Positions 13,875-28,769 are shown, counted from the first letter of the whole stretch. The stretch is DNA of 63,875 nt, filler included, from Conidiobolus incongruus B7586 (GCA_000697335.1; 27 parts of 27 records of this genome joined end to end with filler, not necessarily neighbours in it); one strand, 5' to 3'. Translations and numbers: made by a program. Notes: a model not told the origin generated them from the letters alone.

Positions 13875-15173
13875 TTAATTTTATAACTTATTTATATAAG
13901 TTAATATACTAGCTTTAAAAAGTAAGTTATAAAATCAAAAACACTTATACTTTTATTAATAACTTAACTAATATTTAATAAAAAAAACTTAAATCAAATA
14001 ATTAAAATCTATTATATTTATTAATTATACACTAACCTACAAAAATGAGTTATAAAATCAAAAACACCTATATTTTTACTAATAACTTGATTAATATTTA
14101 ATAAATTAAACCTAAATTAAATAATTAAAATCTATTATATTTATTAGTTATATATATCTTTAAATGATAATATTTAGTTATTAATTGGTTAAAATATAAA
14201 CCTTTAAATTTTACCTAAGGTTAGTTATAAATTTATAGATTTTTAGTGATAAAAAAAAATTAAAATTTAATATATTTACCTTTAGTTTTTTTAACTTCTT
14301 TAAGTTTATAAGGTACAAAATCAACTAACTTTTTACATTAAGAAGGGTTAATTTTATTCTATACTTCTTAAACATATTTTTAAAATTGATTTAAATTTTT
14401 TACTGGGGGGAAAACTTTAATAGCTTTTTTTAACTAATCTTAAAGATATTTAATTAAATTAAAGTTAAAAGATTAAAGTAACTACTTTATAACTATTATC
14501 TTATTATTTTTAAGCTATTTGGTAGTAAAAGCTATAGTATAATAAAAAACATTATTTTATTAGAAAATAACATTAGATTTATTTAACCTATATTATTTAA
14601 TGGTTTTTTCAATTCATTGTTTAAAATACTTTAATATATTTTAGTATTAATTCCCCTATTAACTTTATAAAGATATTTTACACCTAAAGATAATATATAT
14701 CTTTAAACAATAATTAACCCACTATTATATTTTTAGGTAAAATTAATATGATAATTATAAAGTAGTTTTGTATTTTTTCTAAAGTATCTAGTTTTTTTAT
14801 TAAATTTACTAAAGTATATTTTTGTTTCATTAAATTAAATAACTTTACTCTAATTAGTTTTAGTTTAATATTAGTAATGATATTTAAACTTTTACCTAGT
14901 TTTATAATAAGATTTCTTTAATTAAAAGTGTTTTTTCTTAAAGTGTAAGTGGTATCTATATTAATATAAAGTATATATAATAATATTAGTATTAACTAAT
15001 ATTTTTATATAGTTTTATAATTTTTACTATATTTCTACAATAGTACTATATTTGTTTATATTAACTAACTTACAAATATAATTCTTATTATGTTTATCTA
15101 TAATTTTAGTATATTTAAGTTTAAGTTTAAATGTTTCTTTATTGCTATTTTTAACAACTTTAATTATAATAAA
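13875..15173 (-). mobile_element. Tc1-like family A copy (from ~14029) preceded by stacked terminal fragments of other copies
   Basis: Terminus TA-cactaacctacaaaaatgagttataaaatc at ~14027. The same ~120 bp of terminal sequence occurs at ~13905-14026, and an oppositely oriented terminus at 13879-13905. Confidence 0.87.
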
Positions 15174-15273
15174 NNNNNNNNNNNNNNNNNNNNNNNNNNN
15201 NNNNNNNNNNNNNNNNNTTAATTAATTAANNNNNNNNNNNNNNNNNNNNNNNNNNNNNNNNNNNNNNNNNNNN

Positions 15274-16729
15274 ATTATTAATATATTTAAAATTTAAGTT
15301 ATCATTTTAAATAATTAAATATATTTGTAGAATGATAAAAAAAATAATATAATTAAAATAATTAAAATTAATTAAAATGTTAACAAGTATATCTATAAAG
15401 TAATTAATTAAAACAAATATTAAAATGGTAATTATTAGTAAAAAATTATAAGATATATTAATTACTAAGATATTTTTAGTTTTTAATAGCTTAATAAGTT
15501 AAAATTCTTTAGTATATATAATTTAATTTATAAAATCATAAGTCTATTAAAACTTTTATGGATTAGTTTAAAACCTACTAACTAATTATAAAAAAAGTGA
15601 TTTTAAGATTATATTAATATTATTTAAGTTTAATTTATAATTGATAGATTATGATTATTAAAGATTAGATTAATGTTATTTTTTTAAAGGATATTTATTA
15701 ACTTTATTATTAATTTAAATATTTTAACAATAGTAATAATATTTATTAACTTTCAAATAACTTTTAACTTGTTTATTAAGAGTTTTCTTATAAAACCATA
15801 TAGTAGAAATATTTATCATTTGAGATTTAAGTAAGTTAAAGTAAGTTTTAAAAGATTAATTTGATAAATAAGAAATTTTAACTATAAAACAGAAGATATC
15901 ATTAATTATAACTACTATATCTCAAATATTAGAAAAAAATATATTATTAAAATATTGCCTATCAATTAATTAAAATTTTACTTAAAAATTATAATATTAT
16001 AATAGCTTGTAGATTTATTCTTTTTTAATAATATTGAATTTATTTAAGTATATCATATTAAATTACTTAATTAATTATCTTATAAAAGTTTTTTATTTAA
16101 GTTAAAAAAACTTTATTTATTAATTAAACTTAAACTTTTAAATAAAATCTTTTTTTAAAGGTTTTTTCAAATTATTTAAAAATTTATATTTTCATAATAA
16201 GTTATCCTCCTAAAGGTTTTTTAAGATTAAGCTTGAAATAAGTTAACTATTAAGTATAAGTAGATTTTTTAAAAAAATAACTAATTTAAAGATATTTTTT
16301 AAATTTTTATTAAAAATTAGATTAAGATAACTTTTTATATTTTTAAAATAATTTTTAAATTTGTAGAAATTTTTAAAGTTAATATAAATAGCTAATATAT
16401 CTTTAAAAATATTAAAGAGATGATTTAATATGTTAATAAAAATGAAATAATTAATTTGTTAGATTTGAGCTTTTTGGGTTATATTTTTTTTAATCAAATG
16501 ATATTTAATATAATCTTTTTAAAAAATAATAAATTTTTAAAAACTAAAGTTTTAAATTCAATTAATAATTAAGTTACTATCATTATTAAAATAATATAAA
16601 GATATCTCTTTTTATAATAATATTTTACTATATAATATTAAATTTAAATAAAATAAGTTATAGATAAAGTTTGAAATAATTATAAATAAAATTAATATAA
16701 ATAGTTATTAATTTTCTAATAGATTTTTA
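15274..16729 (-). mobile_element. Ty3/Gypsy-like gag-protease region, degenerate second copy
   Basis: Colinear with ~30120-31500, which is attached to an LTR and PBS; the differences are mostly transitions. Confidence 0.75.
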
Positions 16730-17527
16730 NNNNNNNNNNNNNNNNNNNNNNNNNNNNNNNNNNNNNNNNNNNNTTAATTAATTAANNNNNNNNNNNNNNN
16801 NNNNNNNNNNNNNNNNNNNNNNNNNNNNNATATAATACAAAATAATTGAGAATGTTTTGAAATAAATAGATACTAATATTAACTTCAAAATAATTATTTA
16901 TAATAATAGGATAATTATGAAATTATATAATATATAGTTTATAATTTTTGAAATTAAATAGTAATTCTTAATATTATATATAAAATGAATATATATGTTA
17001 TAACATTATATATATCTATATTCTAAATCAAATGATATAATAATTCATTTTAAAAATATATTAATAGATATTATGTTGGAATATATCTTCATAAAATTGA
17101 TTGATATAACTTATTTCAATAAAAATAATATAAAAAATTTATTTTTATTTCAAAAAGCAATTGGAATTTTTAAAAATTAATTAAAATGATTAGATATATG
17201 GGTATCTTTATTAATACAAGAGTATAACGTTAATCAAAATTGATATTAGCAATAATAAAAAATATATTTTAACGCAAATTATGTGAATTTATGAATATTG
17301 GAATTTGAATTTAAACTTGTATCATTAAATAAAATTCAATATCAAAATATTATTCAAAATTTGGTAAGATAATTAAAATTGATAAAATTGAGATGAATGG
17401 ATTTGATTGGTGGAATAAAAAAATTTATCACGAGAATCAATTTGGGAAAAGAAATTATGTGATTAGATCGGGTCCTTCTCTTTCATCTGGTAATTGACTC
17501 TTTGGGCTCAATTCTGAATATAACAAA

Positions 17528-18034
17528 ATGGTATGTTTATACCCAAAATACAGATCATTAAAGAAATAAAATAGAGCATCCATCAAATTATCAAAACTAA
17601 GCAAATATGAAAAATGAATATTAAACATCATATTAACGAAAAGAAAATACAATTCAAATTAAAATGAAATATGCGATGCTAAAATGATCATTCAAATTAT
17701 CAATGTCTAAGGTTACTAATTAAAATATTATTTAGTCTACTGAAGTCGCCCCCAAATCCAAATCTAGCAACCCCATGCGTGAAATCCGCATTGAAAAACT
17801 TGTTTTAAACATCTGTGTTGGTGAATCTGGTGACAGATTGACCCGTGCCGCTAAGGTTTTGGAAGCTTTGACTGGTCAGACTCCCGTTTACTCTAAAGCC
17901 CGTCTTACCATCAGAACTTTCAGCATTCGTCGTAACGAAAAGATTGCTGTCCACGTTACTGTCCGTGGTGCTAAGGCCGAAGAAATCTTAGAACGTGGTT
18001 TGAAGGTTAAGGAATACGAACTCCGTGATCGCAA
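17528..18034 (+). CDS. RPL11: 60S ribosomal protein L11 (uL5), 5' part; exon 1 = ATG 17528-17530, intron 17531-17735, exon 2 from 17736, truncated by contig end
   Basis: [67 protein letters not shown] is uL5. Donor ATG|gtatgt, branch tactaat at ~17714, acceptor tttag; the splice is in frame ([17 protein letters not shown]...). Strong highly-expressed codon bias (CGT, GCT/GCC, AAG). Confidence 0.97.
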
Positions 18035-18134
18035 NNNNNNNNNNNNNNNNNNNNNNNNNNNNNNNNNNNNNNNNNNNNTTAATTAATTAANNNNNNNNNN
18101 NNNNNNNNNNNNNNNNNNNNNNNNNNNNNNNNNN

Positions 18135-18395
18135 ATTAAAGATAAATTTAAAATAATCTAATAAGGCTATTAGGTTTTTTAAATATAAAATAGAAAATAT
18201 TAAATTTTATATAAAACCTTGTTATTATGAAAATTAAAAAAATACTTTATAATTCTATATTATTAATAGCAAATAATATAATAATAAGTTAATTAAAATT
18301 ATAAAATATATATCATCTTTAAGTATAAAATATTTTGATCAAGTTATTAAAGAATTAATAATATAATATAATAAAATATTTTATTTAATAAATAA
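18135..18395 (+). mobile_element. Highly decayed internal fragment of Tc1 family A
   Basis: taataagttaattaaaattataaaatatatatcatctttaagtataaaatatt resembles 13095-13150. Confidence 0.55.
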
Positions 18396-19275
18396 AAAAA
18401 TATCAAGTTATTAGCTAAAAATAGAGTTAATCAGCTATTTAACTATTTTATTATTTTATTATTTTATTATTTTACTAGTTTATTATTAAGGATTTATTTA
18501 TTTTGATTTTATTTGAGTAATCATAAATATCTGATATTTATATAAAAAAGGGTTTATATTTTTTAAGAGCATAGGGGAGAAATTTATTTGTTCTTTTTAA
18601 AAATAAAAATAAAAAATATATTTTATTACTAGTCCTCATAAGTATTTTGTTTAATTAATTCATCCTAAAGTTAATATAATCTAATTTTATTTAGAATATA
18701 AATTATAGTAACCCAAGATAACTCAGAGACTAATAATATGCATAATCCTCTCCAACCAGAACTTGACTTGAAAAGTTAATAAAAACTATTAAAAGATATA
18801 ATCTAGAAAAATAAAATCATGTTTTAAGATAAAAATATATTATAATATATTAAAGATTTTATTTTTCAATGGTTTAAAAATAATATAATTTTTATTAGAT
18901 AGATTATCTTGTTTTTTAATCTAAATTAAATATAATATCTTAAGAATTAATTAAAATATATATATAATATTTTTTATCTAATTAAAAATTTAAATAAAGT
19001 TTAAAAATTTAATTGATGAATTAAAATAAAATAAGTTTATTTAATATAAAAAATTAAATTATTATATAAATTAATGCTTAAAAATTCTTAAAAAAACAAA
19101 ATATAATAAGTTTCAATTTTTTTATTATAATTAAATTTTTCAAAACTAAAACTTATTTGAGTTTATTATTTAATTNNNNNNNNNNNNNNNNNNNNNNNNN
19201 NNNNNNNNNNNNNNNNNNNTTAATTAATTAANNNNNNNNNNNNNNNNNNNNNNNNNNNNNNNNNNNNNNNNNNNN

Positions 19276-20603
19276 TACTAGCTTGCAAAAATAATTCATA
19301 AAATTAAAAATATAAATATTTCTATTAATATCTTAATCAATTCTAACTTAAATAAATTTATATTAAACTATGTAATTAATATATATTTTTTATTAATAAT
19401 ATAATATATAAAGTTAAATTTAATAAACTATTAATTGATATATTAAAATTAATAATATATTTAAGATAAGTTATAAATTTCTAGGTTTTAATATTGATAG
19501 AGAAATTAATATCTAGTATATCTATCTTTTGCTTTTTTAATTACTTAAGTTAATAAGGTATAGAGTTAATTAGTTTCTTATATTAAGTAGAATTAATATT
19601 ATTCTAAACTTCTTGAATATACTCCCAAAGTTAATCTAAATTTTTTGTTAGGGGGAAAGTATTAATTAATTTTTTAATTGATCCTAAAAATATTTAATTA
19701 GGTTAAGATTAAAAAATTAAAGTAGTTATTTCATAATAGTTATTTTGTTATTTTTAAGCTATTTAATAATAGAGTTTATAATATAACAAAATATATTATT
19801 TTGTTAAAAAATAATATTTAATTTATTTAACTTATATCACTTAATAGTTTTTTTCAATTTATTATTTAAAATATTATAATATATCTCAGTATTAATTCCC
19901 TTATCAACCTTATAAAAATACCTTACTCCTAAAGATAATATATATCCTTAAACTATAATTAACCTATCATTGTATTTTTAGGTTGTAATAATATAATGGT
20001 TATAAAATAATTCTTTATTTATTTTAAAATATCTAGTTTTTTTATTAGGTTTATTAAAACATATTTTTGTTTTATTAAACTAAAAAATTTTACTCTAATT
20101 AATTTTAATTTAACTTTAGTATTGGTATTTAAACTCCCATTTAACTTTATAATGGGATTTTTTTAATTAAGGGTGTTTTTTTTAAAATATATATAATGTT
20201 TATTTTAATATAAAGTATGTATAATAGTATTAATACTAACTAATATTCTTATATAGTCTTGTAATTCTTATTGTACTTTTATAGTAGTTTTATACTTACT
20301 TGTATTAATTAATCTATAAATATACTTTTCATCATATTATTTATAATTTTAATATACTTAAGTTTTAATTTAGGTGTTTTTTTAGTATTATTCTTAATAA
20401 CCTTAATTATAGTAGATTAACTAACACTAGTAATTCTAGCAATCTTATAAGTTAATTTATTTTTATTATGAAGTTGATTAATTTATAAGTGAATTTTTTT
20501 AGAAAGAGATTTAAGCATTATAGTATTAATTTTAAAATATTAGCTTAATAATTTTATAATATATATAATATAACAAGAGAAAAAAAAGATATATATAAGT
20601 TTT
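19276..20603 (-). mobile_element. Tc1-like family A copy with terminus
   Basis: Begins tactagcttgcaaaaataattcataaaatt; colinear with 1-1325. Confidence 0.9.
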
Positions 20604-20703
20604 NNNNNNNNNNNNNNNNNNNNNNNNNNNNNNNNNNNNNNNNNNNNTTAATTAATTAANNNNNNNNNNNNNNNNNNNNNNNNNNNNNNNNNNNNNNNNN
20701 NNN

Positions 20704-21925
20704 TGTAAATATTAAGAAAAAGTTATAAGATAAAAAATATAAGTGATTTTTGATTATTTCTATTAAAATAAAGAGTTTTTATTTATAAACTAAGTATTTT
20801 AATTCAGTTAGCTTTATTTTTCTTAACTAAAATGTTATAAACTTTAAAGTAATATTTATAAAGTTAAACTTAACTTATTCTCCTTTATTTATTATTTTAT
20901 TTTATAATTAAAAAGTAAAGTATAAATTAAATTCAAATTAAGTTAATTATCTACTAATTATAAAAAAAATTAAAATTAGTAAAAATAATAGTAAGTAATT
21001 TAAAATCAAAAATAAATAAAATAAAAGCATTAGTAATATAGAAAATTAAAGTATTTATACAAAAAATATATAATAGGGTTTATTTGAAAAGAAAGTCTTT
21101 TTTTAATAGATTAATTAGAAAAGTTATAAGTTTAACAAAAGTATCAATGAAATCTTTAAAGTAATTTAATGATTTAAATATAAACATAAGTTAATTTTTT
21201 TATAAGTATAGTAAAAGCTTTTATATTATTGAATTTAGTTAAATTAATATTAATTCTTTAAGAAGAAATAATATAACTATAGAATAAAATAGAAAAAGCA
21301 CCAAAAATATATTTTAATAACTTTAAAAATAGTTTATATTCTTGAATAATTTGTAAAACTTAATTAATATATTAAATATATTCTTCTTTAATATTTAAAT
21401 AGATTAAAATATCATCAAAGTAAATAATAACAAAGTTATTAAAAACAAAGTTAAAAAGGGAATTGATGAATTAAATAAAAGTTACAAAAGCATTATATAA
21501 TTTAAGATTTATAATAATAAATTTATAATAGCTTAATAGAATATTAATAATAGTTAAAAAATATAAAATTTTCTTTAACTTTAATATTATAATAATTATT
21601 TCTAATGTTTAATTTAGTGAATAAAGTAGATTTAAGTAATTTATCTTTAATATTATATATGTTTAATAATAAAGTTTTATCTTTAATAGTTTTAGAGTTT
21701 AAAACACAATTATTAATATATAATCTTTAATTACTTTTAACCATTTATATAAAAAAAATAAAAAATCTTTATAGTAAAGAAAATGGTTTAATATATTTAT
21801 TTTCAAGTAATTTTTAGATTTTTTCTTTTAAAGTTTAATATTACTTAAAAGATAAATAATAAGTAAGTTTTAAATATAATTGTATATCTAAAAAAAGTTT
21901 AATTTTATATTTAATATAATATTTA
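20704..21925 (-). mobile_element. Ty3/Gypsy reverse transcriptase relic
   Basis: Minus strand reads LKSTLFTKLNIRNNYYNIKVKE (FTKLD.R.GYH.IRV), LYNAFVTF (LCNAPATF) and FVIIYFDDILIY (YxDD), preceded by RLYINNCVLNSKTIKDK (RLCID.R.LN..T.KD). Confidence 0.85.
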
Positions 21926-22196
21926 NNNNNNNNNNNNNNNNNNNNNNNNNNNNNNNNNNNNNNNNNNNNTTAATTAATTAANNNNNNNNNNNNNNNNNNN
22001 NNNNNNNNNNNNNNNNNNNNNNNNNGATAAATAATAACTATATTATGATATATTATATATAATTATAAAAATTAATATTTATATATAAATAAAATATTTG
22101 CTAATTAGAATTTATAAAAAAAGTTTTAATTTAATATTTTATATTTGGTATTAATATAACCTTGTATAAAAAGTTTGTAATTCAATATTTATATAT

Positions 22197-22594
22197 TGTT
22201 AAGAGACTAGTTCTTTAAATTTTTATATATATTTCTATATAATTCAATTAACTATAAATTACATGATTAATTTATACTTTTATAGCTAAATTAATTATAT
22301 AAATAGCATTGAATTATCTAATAAACTAGGTTCTTCTTTTTTCTCTCAATTCTTACTATTTCTTATCTTTTCACTATCTCTAAAATTGAGACTACATCTT
22401 GTTAATACTACAGTATATTGGCACTACCTAATATAAATTTTAATATATCAGTGACTTATCCTAATTCGAAGCTTAATTAAACTTTGCTTACACTTACATA
22501 CTACAACCATATTATAGTACCATGTTCTGTATCATGCTACTTTATATTAAAGTCTTCCTCTGCATTATATTGGTATTTTACCACCACACTTATA
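22197..22594 (+). mobile_element. Solo LTR (~398 bp) of the Gypsy family at 29908-31919
   Basis: Starts TGTTAAGAGAC and ends ccaccacacttaTA (consensus ...CTTACA); homologous to 31529-31919 and 38898-39296; flanks tatat/tataa. Confidence 0.8.
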
Positions 22595-23554
22595 TATAAA
22601 TTAATTTATAATCTAATTTTTGAATATATTTTAGTAAATATATATATAATTATTTTGGTATTTTTATAATTTTTTATTTAATTATGAAGTTTTGTTTTAT
22701 ATTCATTATTAATCAATTTAATTCAAATAAATTAAATATATAATATTTATATAGCTACTATTAAAATATTTTAAATATATTTCAATTAACATAAAAATCA
22801 ATGTTAATAACTTTTATTATAATTATAATTTAATTTTAAATTATTAAAATATAAATTTTAAAATATTTTAATAATTTTTAAAAGATTTACCTAATGGAAT
22901 ATATAAGTTTAAATTGAGTATTAATATTCTATTATATTTTTAAATTTAAAATAATTTTTGAAAAATAAAAATAAAAATTTGATAAATTTAAAATAGAAAA
23001 AATTTCATTATTATTATTCAATCAAAATATAAGCAAATTAATTAATTTTTATCACTTCTCTTTTCTATTAAACTATTAATTTCTTGTGATAAATCGAAAA
23101 ATTAAAAAAATTTTCTTTTTTTGACTTTTAAAACGAAATCATAATAATTAATAATTAAGTTATAATTTTATTATGTTTTTAATAATTATAGTTTATATTT
23201 TAAATATTAAAACTCTGTTAAGATTAATTATAGATTAATAATATAATAAATTATTTATAATAAATGAATGTATAATTAAAAACCAATATTTTCTTCTGAT
23301 ATTAATAACTTTTTGCCTTATATTTCATTAATTTTAAATATATAAAAAAACTATTTTTATTAAAAGTTTTGATTTGATATTTTATAAATTAATTATATAT
23401 ATTTATAAAAAATTTTTATTTATAGGCAANNNNNNNNNNNNNNNNNNNNNNNNNNNNNNNNNNNNNNNNNNNNTTAATTAATTAANNNNNNNNNNNNNNN
23501 NNNNNNNNNNNNNNNNNNNNNNNNNNNNNATATAAATTAATATTATTATTGTAA

Positions 23555-24822
23555 ATTATTATTTTAATTAATATTAGTATTAAAATGCTTAAATCCCTCT
23601 CTAAAAAGATTTACTTATGTATTAATCAATTTTATAATAAAGGTAAATTAACTTATAAAATTACTAGAATTATTAGTATTAGTTAGTTTATTATAGCTAA
23701 AGTTATTAAAAATTATAATAAAGATATATTTAAACTTAAACTTAAATATATTAAAATTATAGATAAACATAATAAAAAGTATATTTATAGGCTGGTTAAT
23801 ATAAGTAAGTGTAATATTATTATAGAAGTATAGAAAAAATTACAAGATTATACAAGAATATTAGTTAATACTAATATTATTATAAATACTTTATGTTATA
23901 ATAGATACTACTTATATTTTAAGAAAAAACACCCTTAACTAAAAAAGTTTTACTGTAGGGTTAAGTAAGAGTTTAAATGCTATTATTAGAATTGAATTGA
24001 AACTAATTAGAGTAAAGTTATTTAGTTTAATGAAACAAAAATATATTTTAGTAAATCTAATAAAAAAGCTAAATATTTTAGAAAAAACAAAAAACTACTT
24101 TATAACCATTATATTATTTTAACTTAAAAATATAATGATGTGTTAATTATAATTTAAAGATAAATATTATCTTTTGATGTAAGGTATTTTTGTAAAGTTA
24201 ATAAGGGAATTAATATTGAGATATATTAAAATATTTTAAATAATAAATTAAAAAAACTATTAAATAGTATAGATTAAATAAATTAGATGTTATTTTCTAA
24301 TAAAATAATATTTTTTGTTATATTATTATTTCTATTACCAAATAGTTTGAAAATAATAAAATAATAGCTATAAAGTAGCTTCTTTAATTTTTTAACTTTA
24401 ATATAATTAAATATCTTTGGGATTAATTAAAAAAAGTAGTTAAAATTTTTCCACCAGCAAAAAATTTAAATAAGCTTTGAAAATATATTTAAGAAGCTTA
24501 AAACAAAATTAATCTTTCTTAATATAAGAAGTTAGTTGACTTTATACCCTATAAACTTAAGGAAGTTAAGAAAGCAAAAGATAAATATATTAAGTTTTAA
24601 TTTTCTCTTTATAATTAAAATACACAAATTGATAACTCATCTTAGGTAAAATTTATATTTTAATATATCAACTAAAAGTTAATATAATTAGATTAAATAT
24701 ATTTAATTATAAATAAATAATATAAGTTTATTATATGTTTTCATTTAAATTAATTTAATTAAGAATTAACAGATTTATTGATAATAATATATATAATCAT
24801 AATTTTATGACTTATTTTTATA
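23555..24822 (+). mobile_element. Tc1-like family A copy
   Basis: Relic ORF from atgcttaaatccctctct (~23585); tatctttgggattaa at ~24412; TIR sequence runs to the contig end. Confidence 0.9.
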
Positions 24823-24922
24823 NNNNNNNNNNNNNNNNNNNNNNNNNNNNNNNNNNNNNNNNNNNNTTAATTAATTAANNNNNNNNNNNNNNNNNNNNNN
24901 NNNNNNNNNNNNNNNNNNNNNN

Positions 24923-26092
24923 ATTTATAATAAAGATATATTAACTCTAATAAAAGCTTTTAAACATTATAAATAATTTTGTATAAATGTAAAATATCTA
25001 GTAATTATTTATTATGATTATAAGAATCTATTATATTTTAAAAAATTAAAGCTATTAAATCAAAAATAAAATAAATAAAATTTACTTTTATTAAAATTTA
25101 ACTATAAAGTTTAATATCATCTTAAGTTATAATAAATAATATTAGATATGTTATTATAGTTATTAAGTTACTTAAAAGATATATAAAAACTTTTTATATA
25201 ATTATTTTTATTAAATTTATTATAAGCTATTATAATAATTAAGTTAAATAATATTGAAAAAATAATAATAACTTAAAAAAATCACCTTATTATATAAAAA
25301 TCATTAAGAAGTTAATTAAAAAATTACTTAAGAATTACAATATATAAAAAAATAGTTTTATATATTGGTAAAATTTTCATTTTAAATAAAACAATAAAAA
25401 AGAGAATTATTATAAATTTATATAAATTTTGAATATTTGGTTATAAAGGAGTAATTAAAGCTATTAGTATAATTTAAAGGTTTTATAATTAACTAAACTT
25501 ATATCAAAATATAAAATAATATTTTAAATAATATACTAAATGCTAAAAGGATAAGATAATAACTTAACTAAAATTAAAACATTTAATATCTTTACCTATA
25601 TTTAAAAAACCTTAGAGTTTAATTAGTATGGATAATATAATAAGTTTATTTATATCAAATGATTATAATTTTATTTATATAGTAGTTGATAAATTAATTA
25701 AGTATATTTACTTTATTCTTTATTAAAAAATAGTCACAGTTAAAAAAATAGCTAAGTTGTTATTAAATAGTATAGTTAAAATATAGAATATTTTAAAAAC
25801 ATTATACTATATTAAAATTTATTAATTATATTAATATTTTTAAAGGAATTATTTAAGTGCTTATATATGAAAGTAAAATTATTAACTATAACATATCTAG
25901 AGACTAATAGTTAAATCAAGATAAAAAATTAAATCTTAAAAATTTATTTTAAAATAAATTTCAATTATTAATAAAATAACTAATTTAAATATTTATTTTT
26001 AATTTAACTAATATATAATAATTATTTTTAGATTTCTATTAAGTATTTATTATTTTATATTAATTTTACATATGATACAAATATATAAATCA
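24923..26092 (+). mobile_element. Ty3/Gypsy RNase H-integrase relic
   Basis: DYKNLLYF (DHKNL), FGYKGV...KC*K (HHCC zinc finger), KP*SLISMDNIISL...VVDKLIKYIYFI (PW..ISMD..T.LP...VVDKLTKY.HFIP) and YLETNS*IK (HPETDGQTE). Confidence 0.87.
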
Positions 26093-27624
26093 NNNNNNNN
26101 NNNNNNNNNNNNNNNNNNNNNNNNNNNNNNNNNNNNTTAATTAATTAANNNNNNNNNNNNNNNNNNNNNNNNNNNNNNNNNNNNNNNNNNNNATAATGAA
26201 ATCAATTGTCTTAGTTCTTATATATGTATTCTTTTATTATTTGTTATTAATATTCAAAATAATCATTCTATATTTTTATATCTAAATTAATTATTTATAT
26301 ATATTATTGAATTTACTAATATATATGATTTTTTTTCCTATTAATTTAAATTATTATAGATTTTTTATTACTTCCAATATAAAGCCAAAATTTTATTACT
26401 AGAATAGTTTATTACCATTACCAATAATAAATCTTTATATATTAATGACTTATCTTAGTTTAAAGCTAAAACAAACGTAATTTTCTTTTCTATAATATAT
26501 TATCATATTTTGCGTTATTTTGCTTTTATATTAAGTCATCTTTTATAATTTATTACTAATTTTACTAATATACCTATATATCAAAAAAAATTAAATTATT
26601 AACAAACTAATATAAAATTAAAAAACACTTATATTAAAAAATTGATTATTATTTTGAAACATATTTATAGTTTATTTTATTTAAATTCAATATTACATAT
26701 TATTATAAAATCAATAAAATAACCTTATATAAGGTTAATGATAAAAATAACTAGATTATCTTGTGAATATAGGATTATATCATTTTAGAAATTATTAGCT
26801 TTTAAAAAATATTTATTAAATAATTTTTGTTAAAGAAAAATATTTCTTAAATAGCTTAAATCTCACAAATTAATAACTTAATTATTATTTATATATTAAA
26901 TATTTCCTTAATAGTTTGACAAATAAATTAACTATTTATGATAGATTAAAAATCAAATATAAGTTTATAAACTATCTTATAATTATACAACTCTCTAAAT
27001 TCAATTTTTGATAAAGATTGTAATAATATCCTTAAATTAAACATTTTTTTAGAAAAGTTTACTTATATTTTGAAATTAATTTAAGGTTTACTATAAATAA
27101 TCTTCAACAATATAATTTATTATAAAAATACAAACTTTGGAATAATTTTAAAAAAAAATTAATTTAATAGAAATTAAAAAAAAAATAATTAATTAAATGG
27201 TTTTTTAACTCAAAAAAAATCATTTATAAAATAATTAATTATGAGATATTATGAGATATATATAAATAAATTAAATATTACTAAAGCAAAATAAATCCAT
27301 AAATTATTATAATGATTTAATCTTCAAATTAAGCTCTAATTAATTAATAAGTAATATTTTGAAATAATATTTGTTTTTAAAATCAATATTATAATCATTA
27401 TAATTAATTCAATTTTTATTCTGAAATTATATTTTTTCATTGAAAAGAATTAATTAATTAGCTCTTATTTTAACTTATTTATTCCTCAAATGATAAATGT
27501 TTTGGATTTAATATTTAATAAAATNNNNNNNNNNNNNNNNNNNNNNNNNNNNNNNNNNNNNNNNNNNNTTAATTAATTAANNNNNNNNNNNNNNNNNNNN
27601 NNNNNNNNNNNNNNNNNNNNNNNN

Positions 27625-28669
27625 TAAAAATAAGTCATAAAATTATGATCATATATATTTTATCAATAGCTCTATTAATTCCTAATTAAATCAATTTAAG
27701 TTAAAATATATAATAAATCTATATTATTTAATATAAATAAATATATTTGATTAAATTATATTAACTAAAAGTTAATATATTAGGATTTAAATTTTACCTA
27801 AGATAAGTCATAAATTTGTCTATTTTGGTTATAAAAAAATTAAAACTTATTATATCAATTTTTTGCTTTTTTAACTTCTTTAAGTTTATAAGCTATAGAG
27901 TTATCTAACTATCTATATTAAAAAGGATTAATTTTATTTTAAGCTTGTTAAATATATTCCCAAAGCTTATTTAAATTTTTTACTGATTAAAAAAATTTAA
28001 TTATTTTTTTAACTAATCCCAAAGGTATTTAATTAGATTAAAATTAAAGGATTAAAAAATCCATTTTATAATTATTATTTTATTATTTTTAAGCCATTTG
28101 GTAATAAAAATAATAATATAACAAAAGGTATTATCTTGTTGAAAAATAACATTTAATTTATTCAATCTATATAATTCAATTGTTTTTTTTAATTTATTTT
28201 TTAAAATATTTTAATTTATCTTAATATTAATTCCCTTATTAATTTTATAAAGATATCTTATATCAAAAGATAATATATATCTTTAAACTATAATTAATAC
28301 ATCATTATATATTTAGGTTAAAATAACATAATAGTTATAAAGTAATTCTTTGTTTTTTCTGAAATATCTGGCTTTTCTAATAGATTGACTAAAATATATT
28401 TTTATTTTATTTGAATAAATAATTTTACTCTAATTAATTTTAGTTTAACTCCAATAATAATATTTAAACTCTTATTTAATTTTATAATAAGAACTCAATA
28501 GTTAGGGGTGTTTTTTTTAAAATATGAGTGATATTTATTATAATATACAGTATATATAATAGTATTAATACTGATTAATATTCCTATATAGTTTTATAGT
28601 TCTTTTTATATTTTTATAATAATATTATATTTACTAATATTAACTAACCTATAAATATACTTTTTATTA
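27625..28669 (-). mobile_element. Tc1-like family A copy
   Basis: Begins with the terminal motif aaaaataagtcataaaatt, has the inner repeat cctaagataagtcataaattt at ~27797, and the body is colinear with the other copies. Confidence 0.88.
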
Positions 28670-28769
28670 NNNNNNNNNNNNNNNNNNNNNNNNNNNNNNN
28701 NNNNNNNNNNNNNTTAATTAATTAANNNNNNNNNNNNNNNNNNNNNNNNNNNNNNNNNNNNNNNNNNNN

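Noticed and set aside
17455..17652. 65-aa minus-strand ORF
   Set aside because: Antisense to the RPL11 5' region and intron; no recognisable motif.
22484..22669. 61-aa ORF
   Set aside because: Non-ATG start, lies in a solo LTR and AT-rich flank; low-complexity I/Y/L composition.
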